DNA of 4,565 nucleotides from a virus (Duplodnaviria; Heunggongvirae; Uroviricota; Caudoviricetes): IMG/VR virus record IMGVR_UViG_2660238548_000013; one strand, 5' to 3'. Shown piece by piece: positions 1 to 4,565 of this stretch (position 1 is its first letter; each line of letters starts with the position of its first letter). The notes under the pieces were generated by a model. It saw only the letters and a program-made list of their open reading frames with translations, ran no database searches and was not told where the DNA came from. The position numbers and the translations under genes were made by a program.

Positions 1-19
1 GCTGGGAAGGCTGGGTCAT
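1..19 (-). CDS. 5' end of an unidentified gene running off the window (first codons M-T-Q-P-S-Q)
   Basis: ATG at 19..17 (minus) preceded by GGAGGG on the minus strand; only 6 codons visible, about 40 nt downstream of the 171-aa ORF stop. Does not resemble the N-terminus of a SAR endolysin as I recall it. Confidence 0.3.
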
Positions 20-59
20 ATCCCTCCGGCAGAAGCAGAAAAAGCTTATTATGCTTCCA

Positions 60-575
60 TCAGAAACGATGATCTGGCAGCCTGAGTTCACAGATAAAAC
101 ACTCTCCAGGAAAACCGGGGCGGTTCACTGCTGCAAGCACCTCATTTTTTGTTGGGGTGCTTTTTTTCAATTCAATAACACAGCACTCCAGTTTTTCAAT
201 ACGTGATTCAACATCATCTTTTTCTGACCGCAGTGTTGACGGCGGCATCTTCAGAGAACAAGTAATTCTTCCCGGTAGCTTTCCTTTGTAGGTTATCAAC
301 ACATCCTGCGCCTCTAAAATTACGGGGCGATTTTCCGGCAACGGACCATCCCCTTCACATAACCCGGCAGCAACATCCATGAAAAACTGCTTCGCCTGCT
401 TTTTCGCCTCAGCTTCGTAAAACTCCAGCGTGGCACCTTCAGTACGGTCAAGACTAATCGCCACATCTGGCAACAACAGTGACGGATACCCACCAATTTC
501 CAGTGCCACAGTAACAGTAATCTTATCCGGGTAATTATTTATCCCTTTAACAACCAGTTCGTATTTTTTCTTCAT
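60..575 (-). CDS. Hypothetical 171-aa protein, no recognisable family; soluble, Cys-rich C-terminus (CC...CxxC)
   Basis: ORF in six-frame track; ATG 4 nt after the holin TAA with GGGGAGAG about 9 nt upstream (inside the holin 3' end), so tightly coupled to the holin. No hydrophobic N-terminal SAR segment and no lysozyme-like motif I can recognise. Local GC by eye about 40-46% versus about 55-60% in the esterase gene. Confidence 0.75.
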   Translation of the reverse strand: MKKKYELVVKGINNYPDKITVTVALEIGGYPSLLLPDVAISLDRTEGATLEFYEAEAKKQAKQFFMDVAAGLCEGDGPLPENRPVILEAQDVLITYKGKLPGRITCSLKMPPSTLRSEKDDVESRIEKLECCVIELKKSTPTKNEVLAAVNRPGFPGECFICELRLPDHRF

Positions 576-579
576 CGCT

Positions 580-795
580 TTACTCTCCCCGCGCCGCCTT
601 ACGACGGTCCTCTCTGATTTTGAAATACAGGTTAGTCAGATATGTCAGCAGCCCAAACAGCAGACTCCCCAGCACGCCTATTGCCGCCCACTGAGACGGA
701 GAGACTTTGTCCAGCAGCTGCAGGAACCAGTAGCCCGTTCCCACCGCTGACGTGGTGTATGACACACCTGTTGTGATTTTTTCCATCTGGTACAT
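580..795 (-). CDS. S: Class II holin (pinholin), phage 21 S21-like, 71 aa with dual start (Met1/Met4)
   Basis: Translation [71 protein letters not shown]: 71 aa, Met1 and Met4 (antiholin/holin 71/68 pattern), weakly hydrophobic Gly/Ala/Ser-rich TMD1, strongly hydrophobic TMD2, charged C-terminal tail; closely matches the S21/EssD pinholin as I recall it. Confidence 0.9.
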   Translation of the reverse strand: MYQMEKITTGVSYTTSAVGTGYWFLQLLDKVSPSQWAAIGVLGSLLFGLLTYLTNLYFKIREDRRKAARGE

Positions 796-870
796 ACCCC
801 GTCTCTCGCAATCCGGAAGCTCACAACAACAGGAGGGGCATCAGCTCACACCGACAGCCCCTGCGCATGG

Positions 871-1140
871 TTACATCATCATTTCGCCGTCAGGCTGAGG
901 CTCACTGCTACCGTCAGGCTGAGACACGACGCCATCTGAAACAGCACTGTCACCCGCGCCGTCTTCAGGCTCAGGAGCAGCCGGTCCCCCCAGCAGCTCA
1001 TCCAGAATGGCATCCACTTCAGCATCAAGACGCGCCTCAAGATTCTGGCGGAGTTGCTGTTTCAGTGCGCTTCTGACTTCTTCAGAGCGCAGGACGTCCT
1101 TCACTGCTTCAGCAGTGACCAGAGATTTTATTTCTGACAT
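871..1140 (-). CDS. Hypothetical acidic protein, 89 aa, with repeated QPDG tail
   Basis: In-frame ATG at 1140..1138 with weak GAGA about 8 nt upstream; the track's longer 141-aa version (start 1296) would overlap the well-supported 60-aa ORF, so the internal start is preferred. Low-complexity acidic C-terminus encoded by a 13-nt in-frame direct repeat (887-899 and 911-923). Confidence 0.5.
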   Translation of the reverse strand: MSEIKSLVTAEAVKDVLRSEEVRSALKQQLRQNLEARLDAEVDAILDELLGGPAAPEPEDGAGDSAVSDGVVSQPDGSSEPQPDGEMMM

Positions 1141-1177
1141 GGGATTTTCTCGTTGAAAGGTGTTGTTAAGAAAGTTG

Positions 1178-1360
1178 CTACGAAATGAGAGGCTCTTCGG
1201 GTTTTGTTCCGGCTGACTGGCTGGCGCTGATTTTTTCCGCCGCCGCGGCATCAATCTTTTTGCGTATATAGTTCCGGATAACCTTATACCCGCCACTTAC
1301 CAGATATAACGTGCACACCACCGTGCAGAAATACAATAAAATAAGCTGTACAAATCTCAT
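1178..1360 (-). CDS. Hypothetical small membrane protein, 60 aa (N-terminal TM helix, basic then Ala/Ser-rich tail)
   Basis: ATG preceded by strong SD GGGAGG (minus-strand ccGGGAGGgataATG); hydrophobic stretch FVQLILLYFCTVVCTLYLV followed by KVIRNYIRKK. Confidence 0.6.
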   Translation of the reverse strand: MRFVQLILLYFCTVVCTLYLVSGGYKVIRNYIRKKIDAAAAEKISASQSAGTKPEEPLIS

Positions 1361-1386
1361 TATCCCTCCCGGTTATTGATATGGTG

Positions 1387-1416
1387 TTGACATCGTTAAT
1401 ACCTGTTGGTTAAAAA
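1387..1416 (+). promoter_or_regulatory. Candidate sigma70 promoter on plus strand (perfect -35 TTGACA, weak -10 TAAAAA)
   Basis: TTGACA at 1387-1392, 18-nt spacer, TAAAAA at 1411-1416; would start a short plus-strand transcript ending at the 1455-1502 hairpin/T-run. The -10 is weak, so this is tentative. Confidence 0.25.
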
Positions 1417-1454
1417 AGTGTCCTGCATGTTTTGCTTTGGATATAACGACATTT

Positions 1455-1502
1455 GCCGCCGGTTCTGGCTCCTTGTTTTCCCTGCCCCGGCGGCCTTTTT
1501 TT
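1455..1502 (+). terminator. Plus-strand hairpin plus T7 run (terminator-like) antisense to the 3' end of the esterase gene
   Basis: Perfect 8-bp GC stem gccgccgg (1455-1462) / ccggcggc (1487-1494) with a 24-nt loop, then ctttttttcc (T-run 1496-1502). Functions as terminator only on the plus strand; on the minus strand the hairpin is followed by a non-U-rich sequence. Confidence 0.3.
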
Positions 1503-1507
1503 CCTGC

Positions 1508-3445
1508 TTACGGGTTATTCACTTCCACTGTTATACTTTCAATCAGCACCGGATATGTCGCACCGCTAGTGATATCGGTCACGCGCAATTTGTCTGCCGT
1601 AAACGTGCCGACCGGTGACTGTGACAGCATGAACGGCGTCCCGTCCTTACCATCAATGACCGGCGTCACCTCAATACTGTTGTTACCGGCAAAACGGAAG
1701 CCCAGCGTATGCCATTCGTTATCAAATGCGCCGAATGACCCCAGCTTCGTGTTCTGACCAGCATTTCCCTTGTGGTACATCACATTAAGGTCTGTGGCAT
1801 CGCTCTGTACGTAAAACGACGCCAGCAGGTTATGACCGGCATTACCTTCCAGTGTGACGCCCTGAGGCAGTGAAGAAACCGGCCAGTACAGCGCCAGTGC
1901 GTACTGATTAGCTGTCAGTGTGCCATCAACTTTAAAACGACAACTGATAAGCCCGCCCTTCTCCAGCAGGTCTGCGCCATTACCGGCATCATGCTGCATA
2001 AACCACGAGGAACTTCCTGTCTGTTTGGTCCACCTCAGCGCCTTACCTCCTGCAGCACCTGCATCATCAACTACCAATGCACGCCCTCCTTCAGCTCCCC
2101 ATCCCTGCGGATTCAGTAAACCACCTGACTCTGTTGCACGGTAATAAAGCAGCGTTGTCACTGATTTCCCGTCCGTTGACGGTGTTGATGGTGTGTCCGG
2201 TGACGGCTTCTCATCCGGCGGCATCACAACCTGTTCCCCACCCACCAGTTCAGCCGTCCGTCCTGCATGGAGAAGAATCGCTGAGGCAAGACGGTCAGAA
2301 ATAATCCCCCTGCGTGCCCATGAGCTGAAATGGCTCGCACGGTCTGCTGACGTCCAGTTTGCCGACGTCCGGGAGGCCGCACCGTAATATCCTGATGCCG
2401 GAATATCCGGGTCTTCTTCCGGTTTGTTCGTCGGGACATTTGCTCCGTTCTCATCGGTCATGAACGGCACAAAGTGAATATTCTTTTCCGTTTTGTTTTT
2501 GTAACTGCCGTACACCGTCTGGTAAGTGGATTCGCTCTTCTGCTTCCAGAAATAAGTTGTGTCTCCACATATCCAGGGAACACCGTCAGCAGAACCACCA
2601 GCGCACTGTCCCACCATATCTGCAAGGTCCGTACGATATTGTTCCACTACTTCTGTAAAACGGGCTGTGTGATTTGCTGGCGTTCCGTCAAAGTCAAATT
2701 CCCCCTGCATCCACACCACGGCAAGCAGCACATTTTTCGGGTTCTTTGCCAGCGCGGCTTTTGTACGACCGATGAGATCCTTATACAGCGGCCTGCCCAC
2801 ACCCCAGCGGGTAGAACTCTCTGAGGCACCGGTCACGTCACTGTATGTTCCATCTGCCCCGGTGGTGAAAGCTGAACCACCACGGCAGCACGGAACCAGA
2901 AGAATACCCGCATTCGCCGGTATAAACGGCAGCAGCTTTTTGGCAATATGCAGCCCCTGCCCCACGGTTCCGTACTGACCTTTCGACAGGTCAGCTTTCG
3001 GATGGTTAAGACGGCTCATGTCCTGTACATCATGCAGACAGTGGTCTGCCGGAATAATGTCGTTATATTTACAGGGAGCGCCATCCGGCGTCACTGTGCT
3101 GCGACGAGCCAGTTGCTTTATACGCGGGTCAGGACGGTCATATGTCTGCGGCAGAGGAAGCCCCTCACCGTAAGCCATGCCGTTCGACTGCCCGGCCAGT
3201 GGAATAACGTAGTAATAATCTGGCTCCGTGGTGACCACTCCCGGATAGCCACCATCCCCCGTGCCGGGCACAACCACTGGCGTGGTCACATCCCCCTCCG
3301 CGGCAATCGCCTGCATCAGGGTATAAGGGGTTATGGCCACCGGACTACCAAACGGCTGCCAGCCCTCTTTCAGTTTGTGTGTCAGCTTTTCCGCAAGATC
3401 TGACGGCGACGCCGCCCTGACAACATCATAATGTTTAATCGACAT
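1508..3445 (-). CDS. nanS-p: Prophage-encoded sialate (9-O-acetyl-Neu5Ac) O-acetylesterase, NanS-p family (N-terminal DUF1737 + SGNH/SASA esterase domain + C-terminal domain), 645 aa
   Basis: 645-aa ORF with SD GGGAGA upstream of ATG; N-terminus MSIKHYDVVRAASPSDLAEKL (DUF1737-like); GQSN serine motif in VIPLAGQSNGMAYGEG typical of SGNH esterases; size and position (upstream of holin S) match the 645-aa ORF found between stx and S in Stx phages such as 933W. Confidence 0.85.
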   Translation of the reverse strand: MSIKHYDVVRAASPSDLAEKLTHKLKEGWQPFGSPVAITPYTLMQAIAAEGDVTTPVVVPGTGDGGYPGVVTTEPDYYYVIPLAGQSNGMAYGEGLPLPQTYDRPDPRIKQLARRSTVTPDGAPCKYNDIIPADHCLHDVQDMSRLNHPKADLSKGQYGTVGQGLHIAKKLLPFIPANAGILLVPCCRGGSAFTTGADGTYSDVTGASESSTRWGVGRPLYKDLIGRTKAALAKNPKNVLLAVVWMQGEFDFDGTPANHTARFTEVVEQYRTDLADMVGQCAGGSADGVPWICGDTTYFWKQKSESTYQTVYGSYKNKTEKNIHFVPFMTDENGANVPTNKPEEDPDIPASGYYGAASRTSANWTSADRASHFSSWARRGIISDRLASAILLHAGRTAELVGGEQVVMPPDEKPSPDTPSTPSTDGKSVTTLLYYRATESGGLLNPQGWGAEGGRALVVDDAGAAGGKALRWTKQTGSSSWFMQHDAGNGADLLEKGGLISCRFKVDGTLTANQYALALYWPVSSLPQGVTLEGNAGHNLLASFYVQSDATDLNVMYHKGNAGQNTKLGSFGAFDNEWHTLGFRFAGNNSIEVTPVIDGKDGTPFMLSQSPVGTFTADKLRVTDITSGATYPVLIESITVEVNNP

Positions 3446-3530
3446 CGAATTTCTCCCGTGTACAGGAACAGAGTTAAAAAGCCGGAACCGGAATCAAATC
3501 ACAGGATGACCATCTGCCAGTGGCTGGTCG

Positions 3531-3560
3531 TAAAAAAAAGGCCGCGCCATGCGCAGCCGG
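3531..3560 (-). terminator. Rho-independent terminator (tR'-like) about 85 nt upstream of the esterase start
   Basis: Minus-strand RNA ggcugcgc-aug-gcgcggcc (8-bp GC-rich stem with one G-U wobble) followed by U8 (plus A-run 3532-3539). Confidence 0.6.
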
Positions 3561-3732
3561 AAATAAAGGGATAACGATGATAGTTTGAGAAAAACAGAAA
3601 TAACACTTTTGTGGCAAAGCATGGTGCCGGGTGCCTCCCGGTGAATTCAGTACCAGCACCTGAATCCGCGATTATCCCATATACCTGGTTGCTGATTGCC
3701 CCTCCGCACAGGGGGATTCACCATGCAGTAGT

Positions 3733-3763
3733 ATTTTTAATAAACAGTAAACAAAAAAATCAA
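3733..3763 (-). promoter_or_regulatory. Candidate late promoter (PR'-like) at the start of a structured leader of about 170-190 nt ending at the 3531-3560 terminator
   Basis: Minus strand cTTGATT-(about 18 nt AT-rich)-TAAAAAT; AT-rich block just after the double stop of the small ORF. Hexamers are imperfect; the call rests mainly on position and geometry. Confidence 0.25.
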
Positions 3764-3788
3764 GCATTATGCAGGCTGTTTCTTTTTA

Positions 3789-3926
3789 TCACCGGCCACA
3801 GCAATACCACAATGCCGCAGACCAGCCCCCATCCGCCAGCACCGACATGATTCTGCTGGTGAAATCCACCATCACCACCAGAAACAGCAGGAGTGCAGCC
3901 ACAGCCAGGCGCAGTTTTACCGTCAC
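3789..3926 (-). CDS. Small hydrophobic peptide, 45 aa, GTG start overlapping the TerB-like stop (GTGA)
   Basis: GTG at 3926..3924 overlaps TGA of the upstream frame; GGAG 8 nt upstream; translation (M)TVKLRLAVAALLLFLVVMVDFTSRIMSVLADGGWSAALWYCCGR has one clear TM segment; ends with tandem stops TGA TAA. Below the 60-aa cut-off of the ORF track. Confidence 0.35.
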   Translation of the reverse strand: MTVKLRLAVAALLLFLVVMVDFTSRIMSVLADGGWSAALWYCCGR

Positions 3927-4373
3927 AGGTGATTCTCCAGACGAAGCCCCAGAACACCGGCAATCTCTTCCAGCACCTTGCGCTCTTCCGGCTCAATTTC
4001 GCCGTCTGCCTCCGCAATGGCCACCGCCACATCCAGCACATCTTCCGCTTCACGCGTATCGCGTTTCACATCCTCGATCTCACGTAACGCCGCACGACGA
4101 CCAATTTTAAAGTTCGTATCCAGCTGACCGATAATGGTTGCGCTAATCGCATTAATTTCTGACGTAAACGCGGACAGCGCTGGCTGATTACGCAGTACCT
4201 GTTCGATCTTCGCTTTCTAGGAAGCCTCACATTCACCATTTGCACAGGCCACCAGGTAGGCAGCATTAATAACCGCCTGTGCCAGATCGCGTTTCTCAAA
4301 CTTTCCTTTTTCCGGTTAACGTGACACACCAATAACTCTTGTCGAAAAAGCCAGCAAGCTGAAAGACCGGTAT
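3923..4373 (-). pseudogene. TerB-family (tellurite-resistance TerB-like) gene, disrupted: in-frame amber codon, a frameshift, and no usable start
   Basis: Minus-strand translation gives three fragments: frame B ...IPVFQLAGFFDKSYWCVTLTGKRKV* (4373..4296), then PEKGKFEKRDLAQAVINAAYLVACANGECEAS followed by TAG at 4219..4217, then KAKIEQVLRNQPALSAFTSEINAISATIIGQLDTNFKIGRRAALREIEDVKRDTREAEDVLDVAVAIAEADGEIEPEERKVLEEIAGVLGLRLENHL*. Combined length about 155 aa; FFDK N-terminus and two A-(D/N)-G-E motifs match the TerB pattern as I recall it. Frameshift lies near the ggaaaaagg run around 4300-4315. Confidence 0.55.
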
Positions 4374-4418
4374 TCACAACCACCAGCGCGTTTACTGTAC
4401 TGGCGTGATTTCAGTCAT

Positions 4419-4442
4419 AAAAAAACCCGCCTGGCGACGGGT
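4419..4442 (-). terminator. Rho-independent terminator downstream of the gene that enters from the right window edge
   Basis: Minus-strand RNA acccgucgccaggcgggu: 7-bp stem (one G-U) with tetraloop gcca, followed by U6-7 (plus A-run 4419-4425). Confidence 0.6.
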
Positions 4443-4481
4443 GTAAAAAATCTTCTAACGTCAGGCATAAAACGCCCATCG

Positions 4482-4565
4482 TTAGGGCAAATTTACCACA
4501 GATTCGGGAAAAATCAACAAAGCTATCTGGTCACCTTTTTCAGTTGTTGTTCTGCCCATGCTTCT
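4482..4565 (-). CDS. 3' end of an unidentified gene entering from beyond the window (…RSMGRTTTEKGDQIALLIFPESVVNLP*)
   Basis: Open frame from the window edge to TAA at 4484..4482, followed about 40 nt later by a strong intrinsic terminator. Could alternatively be a 25-codon ORF from ATG 4559; identity unknown. Confidence 0.3.
   Translation of the reverse strand, partial: RSMGRTTTEKGDQIALLIFPESVVNLP

Noticed and set aside
796-870. Hairpin aggggc...gcccct in the intergenic region upstream of the holin (minus strand)
   Set aside because: 6-bp stem with 17-nt loop and only a weakly U-rich tail; too weak to call a terminator; could be a modest attenuator but not supportable.
887-923. 13-nt direct repeat ccgtcaggctgag (887-899 and 911-923)
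   Set aside because: In-frame repeat that encodes the duplicated QPDG motif of the acidic protein; explained by the coding sequence, not a mobile-element or CRISPR repeat.
867-1296. ORF 867..1076 (+) and the long 141-aa version of the minus ORF (start at 1296)
   Set aside because: The plus ORF is antisense to the acidic-protein gene. The long minus version would overlap the 60-aa ORF, which has a much stronger RBS and a clear TM helix; the internal ATG at 1140 gives a non-overlapping arrangement.
1406-3403. Plus-strand ORFs from the track (1406..1618, 1437..1757, 1920..2144, 2077..2304, 2193..2387, 2474..2824, 2772..2978, 2948..3403) and minus-strand alternative-frame ORFs 2224..2454 and 2647..2829
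   Set aside because: All lie inside or antisense to the 645-aa esterase gene, have Pro/Arg/Cys-rich low-complexity translations typical of off-frame reads of GC-rich coding DNA, and lack convincing start contexts.
3474-3659. 61-aa minus-strand ORF upstream of the esterase
   Set aside because: Spans the intrinsic terminator and structured leader; no RBS; composition not protein-like. Treated as non-coding regulatory sequence.
3611-4383. Track ORFs 3611..3850 (+), 3769..4110 (+), 3893..4087 (+), 3760..4053 (-), 4066..4383 (-)
   Set aside because: These are wrong-frame or antisense reads across the TerB-like pseudogene and small membrane ORF; translations are Pro/Arg/Trp-rich nonsense, whereas the TerB-like frame gives a clean family-like sequence.
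4392-4418. Short ATG-initiated frame (MTEITPVQ*) immediately after the terminator U-run
   Set aside because: Only 8 codons, no SD (the ATG directly abuts the U-tract), then stop; most likely chance.
3446-4565. Search for stxA/stxB and tRNA genes (ileZ/argN/argO-like) expected upstream of nanS-p in Stx phages
   Set aside because: No frame yields toxin-like subunits and no sequence shows a T-loop consensus (GTTCGAATC or its complement) or cloverleaf arrangement; the region is occupied by the TerB-like pseudogene and regulatory sequence.
1-4565. CRISPR arrays, IS elements, integrase or att-site repeats
   Set aside because: No regularly spaced direct repeats, no terminal inverted repeats flanking a transposase-like ORF, and no recombinase-like reading frame found on either strand.

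Overview
All supportable coding sequence in this window lies on the minus strand, and the layout looks like the late/lysis region of a lambdoid (EHEC Stx-phage-type) prophage read in reverse. In transcription order (high to low coordinates) it contains: the 3' end of an unidentified gene with an intrinsic terminator; a degraded TerB-family pseudogene translationally coupled to a 45-codon membrane-peptide ORF; a promoter-leader-terminator module resembling a PR'/tR' late control region; a 645-aa NanS-p-type sialate O-acetylesterase; two small ORFs (60-aa membrane protein, 89-aa acidic protein); a 71-aa phage-21-type pinholin; and a 171-aa ORF of unknown function. No stx genes, tRNAs, CRISPR arrays or transposase/IS elements were seen. 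The best candidate for something undescribed is the 171-aa ORF, which sits directly after the pinholin where a SAR endolysin would be expected. All identifications are from reading translations by eye and recalled family features; no database search was run.
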